Below, in pieces: positions 48,181 to 61,194 of a DNA stretch of 64,000 nucleotides. Each line of letters opens with the position of its first letter. Position 1 is the first letter of the stretch. This DNA comes from the human T2T-CHM13v2.0 reference genome, Homo sapiens. The position numbers and the translations under genes are program-made. The notes under the pieces are model-generated. The model was not told the DNA's origin, ran no database searches, and worked only from the letters and a program-made list of their open reading frames with translations. Where the stretch lies: NCBI RefSeq assembly GCF_009914755.1, contig NC_060937.1; one strand, written 5' to 3'.

Positions 48181-51100
48181 GGACATAAAAATTCTAACTA
48201 AGAAAAAAGGCAAGCACAAAGCTTTAGATACAGTATAATTTAACTATGATAAAATTAAATATTTACATTTTATGCTAACACAAGACTGACCGGGGATGTC
48301 ATAACATGCATGTGCAAATGGCAAAAAAGCACAAGCAGATGAGATCCCTCTACACACCCACAAGAGTACTTACAACTAGGAAGGCTGATGACACCAAGTG
48401 TTGCCAGGAGCCTGAAGCAACTAGAAGGCTCACACATTGGTGATGGGGTAACTTGGGGTAAATTTTTAGAAGAAAATTGGTATTCTACTAAAGCAAGCAA
48501 ACGCCTACTCTCTGACCCAGTAATCCTGTGCCCAGGTGTCCATACCCAGAAGAAAGGGAGGCACATGCCACCAGTTCAACACACTGGAGCCCAACTCCTA
48601 CTACCCCATTGTTCAACTCAGGGTATGACAGGGAGGCTGACACCACCTTCCTGAAGACTAACTTCCATGATAAGGAATTTCCCCCCTGACTATTCCATAC
48701 AACTACACATGCATTTACATTTTGAAACAGTAATCACACTGCCAGGAACTTACAACTAGAAACAGAAGGTATTTGTACTCGGCTACATGTAATCACAAAA
48801 TATTGGACACAAACTAAATATCCATCCATAGAGACAGGCTGAATACTCTGTGAAACATCTATTTTAAGGCACACTATGCAACCATTTTTTGAAAATGAGG
48901 AAGATCTCTAGGAATTTACATGCAATAATTTCTAGGAAGATACAGTTAAGTGAAAAAAGCAAGTTGTAAAAGAGTATGTATAGAATGCTGCGTCTTGTAT
49001 AAGAATGAAGGGAAACAAGAAAAATATGTGTGTTTATGTCTGTGTGTGTGTCACATGTACATCCCAAAAGGAAATACAGGATGGAGAAGGCAGAATCTAA
49101 TGCAAATGATTATCTTTCTAGAGAGGGGGGTGGAATGAGGTGAGAGAGAGAAGGAAAGTTTCTGAGCACACCTTTAAATATAAGTTACTTACAACCCCAT
49201 TCAAGAAATAAAATAGAAAGACAAACCTTAAAATTGAAACAAATAGAAAATACATACCTATATGAGTAACCTTTGAAAACAGTAGTTTGTGGAATTTGAC
49301 TGTCCTTATTCTAAGGACAAAAAGACTGCCAAAAACAAAACAAAAAAAATCCTGAATTTCAACATCACTGAGTAGAATGTTGTTGGTGGCACTAGGGCCC
49401 TAATCCTGAACTGCTTGTGAGTGCAGTGGGTAGGGCGGTGTCGCCGGGACCACAGTCGTCAGTGAGAAAGAGCAGCACTGGCACAGAGCAGGAGAAGGGA
49501 GAGTCCCATGGGATTTGGGTTGGAGGTGTAAGCAGGAACTTAACTTTATCTTCAGCTGAAGCCATCTGAAGACTTGCAGGTTTTCTGCCTTCATAGGAAA
49601 ACTACAGCCATTCAGAGGCAGCCCTCCTGCCCCAGTCCATGCAAGGTCACAAGCTGCTGCTCAACGTCACATCATAGCCTAGCTCCTGACATTTTCAAAG
49701 TCACAAATGGGTGCAAGACGATTTGGGCCCAAGTATTATGGAAACTAAGTTTCTCTTCATAGCCCTGGCCACAGGTTTAGGGATTTCATCTAAAAGGTAG
49801 ACAGACAGATACTAAGATCCTCAGCTGTTTAGGGGAAAGGGTTAGGTTTCCTCTTTAAAATCACCATGCTACAGATCAGTATTTTGCAATTTACAACACT
49901 GCATTTGCCAATCATCATCAAGAAGCTGAAGATGGCCCCAAGAAGACAACACTGGTATCTGCCCATCCTCTGCAGGAGGCTTTCCGGTGTCCCCTGCCCA
50001 CGCCCTGCAAGAACTCACTGGTGCCCAGCTCCAAAGGGGCCTCCTCTGGCTCCCTCGAGACCATCTGACCAGGTGCAATGGAACAGCGCCCTCAAGGATG
50101 AGGGTGGCAACTGCCTTGGCCAGGCAGGCACACTGCGTCTTCCCCGTTTGCCCTCCCATCAGTAGTTGGCCCTGGGATGGAAGGCAAAACAACCGATCCC
50201 ACCCAGGTCTTGGTCTGCAAGTCCCCCAAGAAAACCAGTATTAGTCAGTTTAGCCCCAAAGAGGATATGCCTTCCAAAGTGGCCCTCCCTGTGCCATGTG
50301 GGCAGGCCTAGCCACAGGAGCCCCAACAGACTCCAACCTTGCTCAACTAAGGCGCTTCTGGCTAGAAAGCGGTTCTGGAGCCTGCTGGCCAAGCCGTGCT
50401 CTCTTTGGTTCCACACAAACAGGAGGTTCAAGCTAAGAGTTCCCCACAGCCACCCCTGCTTATGGTTCCAGGCACTCCAGGCCCCGCACTGTGCGATCTC
50501 TCGCACCACCCAGGGCCTTGCACTGGGCCCAGCCCCAGGAGCCTGAGAAGAGGAGTGTTCTGGTTAACATCAGTACTCTGGTGACAGGTCACACTTGAGC
50601 ATGATGTTCTGATGTTGCCAAGGCCTCCAGAGCTCTCTGCAGAAGGAACCTATGAGTGACTGAAAGCTGAGAGTCCCAGACTTGGAGCAAGCACTGTGGA
50701 ATGGAAGCATACTTCAATGACTAAACACACTGGGGACACAGTGGTCACGAAGGGATCAAACCCTGGAGTACAGACACCGGGGCCCTCCAAGGAGAGGCGG
50801 AGACCCCTGCTGGGGGCACTCACTGGTAGCCCTCCTTTGCCTGTGACCTCCCAGGGTGGTCCCTGCACATATGCAGGGTGATGTCGCCACATCCTGGGCT
50901 CTGCTTGGCCACACCTACCTGGGCTGCACCCAGTGTCCCACGGGTGACCTGACCAGAGGAGGGCTCAGTGCCACAGGGCCTTGAGCCCAAGGAGGGCCCC
51001 AGCTTGCTTGGCAGGCATGAATGTGTCCCAGGGGTGGTCCTATCAATGCCCCTGCCTCAATGACTAAACTGTGAGAAGACTGGGGATGTGAAGAGGAAAA

Positions 51101-51619
51101 GCAGGGATGGCAACGGACGGTACTTGCAAGCCCTAAAGGTGCGACTGGCGCCGCAGTGGACACAGGACCCCTAGCAGCCCAGCCACCTGGCCAACTCTTA
51201 ACAGCTCATGCTGCAGAGCCTTCAGCCCTCAATGGGACCACACAACCAGACTCCAAGTGAGCACCTTCTGAGCGGCACCCCCAGGCCTGGCTCACCAGGG
51301 GATGCTCCCTGGCTCTGGCCCCAGGAAGACTTCCTTGTGGTTGCTGCATGCCCCTCACGCCCTCCAGTCTGGTCCACAGGAGGCACCATCTACTCTTGGA
51401 ACTCATAACTCTTTTAAAAATTCAAAATCATTACAGGTCATGAACCTCTGAAGTCACTTCTGAATAGTCAAACTTTCCAATTCCATAAACTCTTGAAAGA
51501 CAATATGAAGAACTACTGAAGATTAAGGAGTAAAGTATCTAACTCAAAGCTGATTCCCTAAATAAAGATGTTCACTACACCTGTAAAAAAGAGAGGTGTT
51601 CTTGGCAAAAGGAACATAA

Positions 51620-52290
51620 TGAAGAAAATCTTTGGGACAAGAAAGATCATGGGGTGCCACAAGAAGATACCACTCCGCACCCAGCAGGACGGCCATAATA
51701 AAAAGAATGGAAAAAAACAAGCATTGACAAGAAAGTGAAGAAATTGCAACCCTCATACATTGCTGGTGAAAATGTAAAATGATGCAGCTAGCTGCTTTGG
51801 CATTTCTTTAACAAGTTAAACACAGAATTACCATATGACTCAGCAATTCCACTCTTAGGTATATGCCAAAAAGAATACAAAACCTGCGCAAGAATGTTCA
51901 CAGCAGCAGCACAATAGCCAAAAAGAGGAAACAACTGAAGTGGTCCATCAACTGATGAATGGATAAACAAAATACTCCATACAATGGAATATCATTAGCC
52001 ATAAAAAAGAACGACACACTGACACATGTTCCAACACAGATGAACCCTGAAAACATGATGCAAGGGAAAGACACACAAAAGCCACATACTGAAATCACCA
52101 GAGTCAGCAAATCCATACAGACAGAGAGCACATTAGCGGTTGACAAGCGCTCGGGAGGGAGGACCAGGGAGTGACTGCTTAATGCTTATGACATTTCCAT
52201 TTGGGGTGACAAAAAATTCTGGATAATGGTGATGGTTGTGCAATATTGTGAATGTACTTAATTGTGTACTTTAAAATGGTTAAATGGTAT
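51620..52290 (+). mobile_element. L1M 3' end fragment
   Basis: CCATATGACTCAGCAATTCCACTCTTAGGTATATGCC...GGTGATGGTTGTGCAATATTGTGAATGTACTTAAT. Confidence 0.8.
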
Positions 52291-54944
52291 ATTTTAAGTT
52301 ATGAGTACTTCGGTGGGGCAATGGTGCATTCAGCATAAGTGAAATAAACCTTCAGACTGGTGATGCCAAGTTAACAGGTAAACATGGACCAGATGATGTG
52401 CTAAAGCATTTGGAACTTTCCCTGGAGGAAACAGAGAGTCAATGAAGTTTTAGTAACAGAGGCAGATGCTCAACTCTTCTTCAATAAAATACCAGAACTA
52501 TCATTTACTAAGTAAATGCATTTACTGTGAATTCATGGTCTTTTTAATTCTCACAACTTATGTGAAGCCTGTTTAGAGATGGAGAGTCACAGAAGTTAGA
52601 TAACTTGTCATGGTCCCAGAATTAGTAAAAATGCCAGGATTTGGGCTGAAGTCTTATTGTCTTTAAAGTCTATGGTCTCTTTGCTGTGTCTCACTTGGAA
52701 AGGGCAAAGTAAAGGAAACCATCAACCAGTACCTGCAGCAGGGCGTCCTGGCTGGGGAGCATGTGGCAACAGATAAAGAAGGGATGGATCTGAGAGACTT
52801 CGGAGATACATCCAATTAGGTAAAGGACTATTTGCTGAGACTAAAGGAGGAGTCAATGATTTCCCCCAACTTCCTAGCTTTGATGAATGTGCAAATGATG
52901 GTTTTATTCCCAAAGAGATACAGTGACATTGACACTTATGTTCCTATACAACAAATCAAACATGTGTTACCATGTATAACCGGTTGCCATTCTGTATCGA
53001 AGAGGCACCTATTTTCTTAAAATATTCAAGAATCTGTTAATACATAAAACTTAGGTAACATGCCAGTTCAACCAGAAATATTTTTATCCATCAGAATTAG
53101 GAGGAAGCGGACTTTTTGCTGTCTCACCCCAGTGGCTACACTGCCCTTTGCGGAGATGTAGGCATGCACATCTCCATAGAAGTCCATCCTGGGCCCAGCC
53201 CCTGTCTACTCTCTCTACTTGTTCCCTGGGTCACCCCTTCCCTTCTCAGTCTTTCCCATCATGTGACTACGAAGGAGTCTCAGGTTTGTATCTTTAACCC
53301 AAATCTGTCTGTTTAAACTTCAGTTTACACACATAGAGTAGAAGCTCGCTTATCAGTCTCACTTTAACTGACTTGAATTGGAAAAATGACTCTCTCCAAT
53401 CCCTCCCTGAAATACATGAGCTGATGCCCAAGGTATGATGACGACTTTCAGCAAGTAGGCTTCACTCTAATATATCGCAAGCTTTTGCCAGCTAAGTTGT
53501 ATGTGTTCTCATATCCAGATGTGTTTGTTCTCAAATCTATTTTTGCTACCCGAACCTGTTATGGTAGTTATGTACTTTTAAGCTCATCAATGAAATATGA
53601 ATGCAAAAGGAAACAGTTGTTTCTCTATAAGCTAAGTTGTATGTTTTTAAAAGGCTCACTTGAGTTTGTTAAAAAAATAATTAGGTATGGGGGAAAAATT
53701 GTAAAAGATTAAGAAAATTCTAAAGATAATCGTATCAAATTGGTTCTTAAATGCCTATATCCTTGTTTAACTTTAAATAAACTTATATTGGAAAATGTTA
53801 AGTCTGCAAAGATTAGGCCAAAACAGACACAGCCTAAAGAAAAGGCCCTGGGCTTACATCAAAAGATTGGCAAGTATAGAACTTGAGGTAAGTGGTGTAA
53901 AAAAAAAATTGGCAAGTGAATGTATACTTTCATGTTTTAAGTTAAAAACATACATCCATTTCTTCGTGATTCCTGTTTTAACCAGTTTTCTCAATTAACC
54001 AAGCAACTGCTGGGCCCAATCATGTCAGACTTTTCAGCTATCAAGTACGTATCTTTACCCAGTTGTCAACAGACACCTCAAACTCAACATGCCCAAAACT
54101 TTATTTCTCCCTCCAAATCCACTCTATTCATCTTTTTCCCAGATTACAAGCCTGGGAATCATTCTTAACTCCTCCGTGTCCCTCAGCCCACCCATTCTTA
54201 TTCACCACGTCTTGGTAATGTTTCCTTCAAATATTTTAAAAATCCATTCCCTATATTTCCTATCCCTGTTACCACAGTGCTGGTTCTGAAGACAGGCATA
54301 GTTTAGTGGAAAGAATATGCGTTGAATCTTTACAAGTGTCCATCTTTTAACTGTGCTTCTGCTACTTACAAGCTGTTGAACAACATCTGTCAGACGCATG
54401 TACCGAGCGATATGAAGTGTGCATTGTGCTCGGAGAGTGAAGGGCGTTAAACGACAGCGAGGACGAGGGGCACGAGCCCGGCCTGCAGCACGGCCACAGC
54501 CTCGCGCTTACTCCTCCATCGCCTCCTGGAGTCCCCGAATTCATCCCGCATCCTGCTGGGAAACAGCGTCCATCCGACACAGCACCGCCCACAGCGGGCC
54601 CTCGGCGTGGCCCGCAGGCCCTTCGGACCGCCTGGGAGCGCGGCCACACGTGCCAGCAAGTGAGGGCAGCGACCTGGGACCGCCGCGTCTACTTACACCG
54701 CGACGACTCCGCGATCCACGGACACCGCCCGGCCCCCACGGCGGCCCTGCAGGGGAGAACTCGGGCCGCCTTCCCGAGTCCCGGCCGCCGCTGTTCGGCT
54801 CGCGCGGCTGCCCGCCGGGGACCCGAACGGAAAAAGGGTGGCGAGGCGGGAAAGGAAAAGGCCTGAGGGTCCAAGGCAGGAGGGGACACACGGAACACGC
54901 CGAGGGCCAACCACGCCGCCGCGCGCTCCCCGGCTAGGACCCAC

Positions 54945-54980
54945 CTGCTGCAGGTACTGGTTAATGGTAATGTGCGCCAT
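54945..54980 (-). CDS. PCID2: PCID2 exon 1 coding part (MAHITINQYLQQ)
   Basis: Kozak CCCATGG; donor CAG|gtgggt. Confidence 0.95.
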
Positions 54981-55034
54981 GGGAGCGCCGCCGAACGGAG
55001 AGCGCCACCCCCTACGCCTCAAGCGGGCCAGCTG

Positions 55035-55047
55035 GCGTCACTTCCGG
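55035..55047 (-). promoter_or_regulatory. ETS(GABPA)-CRE half-site composite CCGGAAGTGACGC
   Basis: Motif 55 nt upstream of the PCID2 ATG. Confidence 0.65.
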
Positions 55048-55973
55048 CCCTCGGTCCGTCTGGGTCCTGGCGCCCCCGGCCCCGCCGCGGGTGCGCAGGT
55101 TGGTTCCGGAGGGAGAACCTGGGGACCGGCTCGGCGACGCGCTCGGGCTGAGGGGGCCCGGGGTCTTTCTGCCGGGGCCCCGTCCTCTCAGCCGGGACGC
55201 CAGCGGCTCTGATTGTGTGTTCGGGCCCGCCCGGGCTGAGGGGTTTGGGGTCCAGTGGCGAGGACAGCCCCACGGCTAAACTGCCTTTCACTGCGCTGAC
55301 CCTTCGTCTGCCCCTTGTGAAAACCAGGCCGCGGAGGACCCTCCGCGCCTGGCTGGGCCAGGGCCTCGGGGCGCGCGCGCCCGAGGAGGGGGAGGGGGAG
55401 GGACATGGCGCGCGCTCCCGAGCTCTCATAAGGTGCCTCCGCCGCGCGCTCCCGAGCCTGCAGGAGTTAGGGCACGTCCCGGCGCGCACCCCTGAGCCCT
55501 CGAGGTGGTCTCACGCCCGGGGTGGGGGTGCCGAGCCCTCAGGAGGCGCGCGCCCCGGGGCCCTCAGGAGGGTGTCCCGGCTCCCGATCCCCTCAGGAGG
55601 GGTGCCCGCGGCACGCATCCCCGAGCCAGGAGGGGGTGCCCGGAGCCCTGGGGGCAGGGTCTCGGTGCGCCCCCCGGAGCCGGGGGTGAGGGTCCCGATC
55701 CCTCAGGACGGGAGTCCCGGCGCGCGCCCTCGAGCCAGGAGGGGGTGTCCGAATCTCTTAGGGGGAGTCCGATCCCTCAGGAGGGATTCCCGGCGCGCGT
55801 TCCTAAGCCCTCAGGAGTAGCCGGGCGCGGCGGCGGTTGGGCTCGGGCACGCGGGCGGGGCGGGGCGGGGCGCGCGAGGAGGACGGGGCGGAGGCCGCGC
55901 GGACCGGGGCGGGCGGAGCGGAGCTCGGCGGGCGGCGGCGCTCGGGGCGGGGCGCGGCGGTTCCGGCCCAGCC

Positions 55974-56121
55974 ATGGCGGACGAGGCCCCGCGGAAGGGC
56001 AGCTTCTCGGCGCTCGTGGGCCGCACCAACGGCCTCACCAAGCCCGCGGCCCTGGCCGCCGCGCCCGCCAAGCCGGGGGGCGCGGGCGGCTCCAAGAAGC
56101 TGGTCATCAAGAACTTCCGAG
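55974..56121 (+). CDS. CUL4A: CUL4A coding exon 1 (cullin-4A N-terminus)
   Basis: [49 protein letters not shown]; Kozak GCCATGG; G|gtgggt. Confidence 0.96.
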
Positions 56122-56318
56122 GTGGGTGCGGCGGCCGGGTCGAGGGCCAGGCGCCCCGGGCGGGGACCCCACGAGACCCCGCCCGACTTGGGGGGAAGGC
56201 CCCGAGATCCGTGCGGGCCCCGGGAGCGGGGGCGCCGGGGCGCCGGCCGGGTCGGGGGTGGCTACGCGGGGCGCTTCGCGGCGCGCCCTGAGCCGCCCGC
56301 TCTCCCTCCGCCCTGCAG

Positions 56319-56434
56319 ACAGACCTCGGCTGCCCGACAACTACACGCAGGACACGTGGCGGAAGCTGCACGAGGCGGTGCGGGCCGTGCAGAGCAGCAC
56401 CTCCATCAGGTACAACCTCGAGGAGCTCTACCAG
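56319..56434 (+). CDS. CUL4A: CUL4A coding exon 2; gene continues beyond the window
   Basis: [39 protein letters not shown]; cag| and |gtgagg. Confidence 0.96.
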
Positions 56435-56795
56435 GTGAGGCGGCGGCCGGGGCTGGGGACGCCGCTCCTGCCCCGCGTGACGCAGACGCGGCCGGGCGGC
56501 CGCTCCGGGTGCCTCGCAGGCTCTCGCCGGGGAGCGGAAAGGCAGGGCGTTTGCCTCCACTGCAGGGCCGGGAGCCCCAGAGGCAACAAGTGGTTTTGTT
56601 TATTGCCGTGGTGGAATTTTTGTTTTCAGGCTTAAGCTGCTTAGAACCATATTTAAAGTTATCCCATTACGGAAGAGAAGGAGGTGTGTTTCTAGGAGCC
56701 ACGTGACTCATATTTTGCAAGTATACGGCAAATTATTTTCTCGTTATATGTAAAACTCATGACTGTGTCACTTGCCACAGTAATAAGAGGGTCTT

Positions 56796-56937
56796 TTCTC
56801 TGTTGTGTTTTGTGATTAATGGTTGCCTTTAAGATATTCAAACAGATTTTGAAAAAATTCAAAATTCAGAAAAAGTGGTTTTGTTCTCTGTTGTGTTTTG
56901 TGATTAGTGGTTGCCTTTAAGGTATTCAAACAGATTT
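56796..56937. repeat. About 54-bp direct duplication, 88 nt apart
   Basis: TTCTCTGTTGTGTTTTGTGATTA(A/G)TGGTTGCCTTTAAG(A/G)TATTCAAACAGATTT x2. Confidence 0.85.
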
Positions 56938-57599
56938 GGTAGCATTTAATTCAAAGTGATGGTGTTCCGTTTCTGAAGTAACAAAAAAGTACATTTTACC
57001 ATACTTGGATATTTTATTTATAAGCGACTTTTTTTCTGGTGTCTTCTTTTTGTAAAGTAACATTCATTCAGTAGTCTAATATCTATATTTTAGGTCACGA
57101 TGTGTCATACAATTATTTCTATTAAAAGGCTTGAATTAAAAAAACTTTTTCTGGATATGCAAGTGACTGCATTGTAAAAATTATAAAAAATACAAAAAAG
57201 AAGACTTCAATCACCTATACTCCTACCACCCAAAGAAAACTACTGTTGACAGTTTGGTGTACATACATCCATTCTTTGTCTGAAGTGTAAGTGGATGATG
57301 TTTTCTTACCAGCTTTGAGATAGAGTCTACATATAATGTGCACTTCAGGAAGTTTTAACAGATGCATGCAGTTACGTAACCGGCACCACGGTCAAGATGG
57401 AATCTTTCTTGGTAGAATGGTAGAATATTGCTACCACCCCCGAAATTGCCATGACCACTTTTGCAGTCAGCCCTCTCCCCTGACTCCTAGCCCTTGGCGG
57501 TCCCCCATTTGCTTTCTGTTACTATATTTTGCGATTTCTAGAACCTTATCTAAATGCAGTCATGTATTTCATAGTCTTTTGTATCTGGCTTTCACTTAG

Positions 57600-58068
<469 letters not shown>

Positions 58069-58845
58069 TAACCCTTTGTTTGGACATATATTCTTACTCC
58101 TCTCAGGTGAGTTCTGCTTACTTCTTTATCTAGAAGTAAGTTCTCAGGGTCATATGGAAAATGTATGTTTAACTTTGTACGGAATTTCTTGTTTTTGCAA
58201 GTGACTGCCCCTTTTGCGTCTCTCCCAGCAGTGTATGGGAGCTCCGGTTCCACTCCGCCACCAGCGTGTGCGTCTCTCCCAGCAGTGTATGGGAGCTCCA
58301 GTTCCACTCCGCCACCAGCGTGTGGTGTCCTCAGTCTGTAACTTTAGCTGTGCTTGTGGGTGTGTGGTGGAGTGTCATTGTAGTTTTAGTTTGCATTTCC
58401 CTCTGATGCTAAGCATCTTTGTATTTACTTGCCATTCTATGTATCTTCGTTGACGAAGTGTCTATTTAAATATTTTGCTCATTTTTATTGGGTTGGTTAT
58501 TTTCTTATTATTGAGTATTTGAGTTTATTATGTATTCTGGATACAAGTCCTGTATCAGATATTCGCCTTGCAAATACTTTCTGCCTAGTCTTCAACTTGT
58601 CTTTTGATTCTCTTAACTGTGCCATTTGAAGAGTAATTGTTTTAAGTTTTCAAGTCACATGTATCAGTTTGTTCTTCTATGGATTGTGCTTTTAGTATCC
58701 AAGAAATCTTGCTTAATCTGAGGTCACAAAGTTTTCTCTTATACTTTCTTCCAGACATTTTAGAGTTTTAGGTTTTACATCTAGGTCTACGATCTATGTA
58801 GAGTGAATTTTTGTATATATTGTGAAATACAAATCTAGAGTCAGA

Positions 58846-59224
<379 letters not shown>

Positions 59225-59449
59225 TCAAAAACCACGTAGGAGTAGGAGGAGTGAGTTGTGAAATCAGGGTGTGTTGGCCCCCCAGCTTCATACATTTGCA
59301 CAGGTTTCTGGCTATTCTTGGTCCCTTGTGTTTCCATGTGAATTTTAGAATCGGCCAATTTGTATAAGAAAGTGTGCTAAGATTTTGATTGACGGTATAT
59401 AGAATCTACAGATCAATGTAGGAGAATTAAATTCTTAACAGTATTGAGA

Positions 59450-59626
59450 GTCTGGGCTCAGTGGCTCACACCTGTAATCCCAGCACTTTGGGGGGCTGAG
59501 GTGGCCTGATCGCTTGAGCCCAGGAGTTCGAGACCAGCCTAGGCAACATGGTGAAACCCCATCTCTACAAAAAATTTAAAAATTAGCCTAGTGGGGTGTT
59601 GCATGCCTGTAGTCCCAGCTACTCAG
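59450..59626 (+). mobile_element. 3'-truncated AluJ
   Basis: Left arm and start of the right arm, ends abruptly with no tail. Confidence 0.75.
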
Positions 59627-60864
59627 GGCCCCCACACCACAACCTGGAAGCTCTTCACACAGGAAGCTGAGCAGTTGGGGCCTGTTTGTCTCCCATCTTT
59701 CTGAGATTCACTGTCTTTCATAGCCCAGTACTCAGTGCTTCGAAAACTGTTGCTTCGTATATTTTGCCTGATTTTGTGGTTATTTCAGGCAGAAAGTTAA
59801 TACAGTTCTTGTACTGTGTCTTGACTAGAAACAAGAGTCCCACCTGAACTCTCAGAGGTCTTTGGTTTAATAAAATATGATACCTTACAGCTAAAGCTTC
59901 TTACTACTCTTTTCCTGGAGATTTGGCTGTCTGATATCTGCTGCCTCATTATTTTTACTTAAAAAGGCGGAATTACTTTGCAACACCTTGTACACAGTGA
60001 TATGTCTTATAAAACAATCACTAGATATTATGAACAATGTTTGTAGGTGCCTTAGGTGTCTGTCTTGAAACCCTGAGAACTAGGAGTGCTTACCCCAAAA
60101 TGACAGTCACTGGTTCCTCCTTGGAATGAGACATCGCAAATTCCAGGGGCATCTCTGGAGGTGCTGCCCCACCAGGGGATATGTGGAATCAGTTGATTCA
60201 CTTACTTGTGATCATCTCTCCACGCACAGGTGGGCTTCTGGCCTCTCACAGAGTCTGAAGCATGAGCTGCCTCAGATCTATTGGAAGCAAATGGGATAGA
60301 AATCTAAGAAAAGCAAATGTGAAATTACTGATGTCTGATCAAGCAGGCAATACATTTGACTTGGTGTTTCAAAATAAAGTCTCAGTTTTTGTATAGGTGG
60401 GGTGGTGTATACTTTGCCAAAGAATCTTATGTGAAAGGACCAATTCTCACCCAAGTTTGAAAGGTTTGGTTTCGTGTTTGGTTTTTGGTTTTGCTCACTC
60501 TCCCTCTACGTCTAAACACCTTAGGAGTCCTGTCACTTACACTTTTTGGGCCTCAGCTGGCCTGTTGTTTCTGTTTGTTACTTTGTTTTTATCATTTTCC
60601 TCCTGTAGTGTGTAGAGGAGAATGTTGTGAAGGCATGGATCTTTTCCATTGAACGACCTGAATTTCGGTCTGTAATAACTAACTCCTGAAGAAAGTGCAT
60701 CTTCTGTGTCTTGTGTCTCTATGTTTTAGTCCTGCTTGTTGCTAAATGAGACAACAGAAAACTGAAGACTGCATTTCTAGAAAGGTTTCAGAGAAAGGCT
60801 GTGTTTTGATTTAGAACTGGTTTTTTTGTTTTTTGTTGCACAAAAACAAACCTCTCAGGCCCTT

Positions 60865-61000
60865 TAAAAAAAAAGAGAGAGAGAGGTGTGGCCTCCCTAT
60901 GTTGTCCAGGCTCCTTGGGAACTCCTGGACTCAAACAGTCCTCCTGCCTTGGCCTCCCGAAGTGCTGGGATTCCAGGCGTGAGCCATTGCACCCGGCTGA
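60865..61000 (-). mobile_element. Alu monomer (FLAM-like)
   Basis: Single reverse left arm. Confidence 0.7.
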
Positions 61001-61194
61001 CATGCAAGTTCTGAGGAAAGCCAGGCTGTCTTTCTTGAGTCACGGAGTAGTTGTCTTCATGACATGTTGATACCAGGTGATAATGGTCAGTGAAAGAGAG
61101 AGGTTAGTCCTTTGTATTAGGTGGCATCCTTCCCTCACACCCAAGCTGCAGGCCCAGCGTAGGAATGGGACCTCCACAGCCACACAGGTCTCAT

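Larger units (their letters stand above)
54400..56580. promoter_or_regulatory. CpG island / bidirectional PCID2-CUL4A promoter
   Basis: Very high GC and CpG; divergent ATGs at 54980 (-) and 55974 (+); clustered GC boxes 55855-55955. Confidence 0.93.

Noticed and set aside
56316-56322. Tandem acceptor CAGACAG at CUL4A exon 2
   Set aside because: The second AG is 4 nt downstream and frameshifts; no evidence of use
54419-56706. Many overlapping Arg/Gly/Pro-rich ORFs
   Set aside because: Stop-codon scarcity in a CpG island; only the PCID2 and CUL4A exons have splice and protein support
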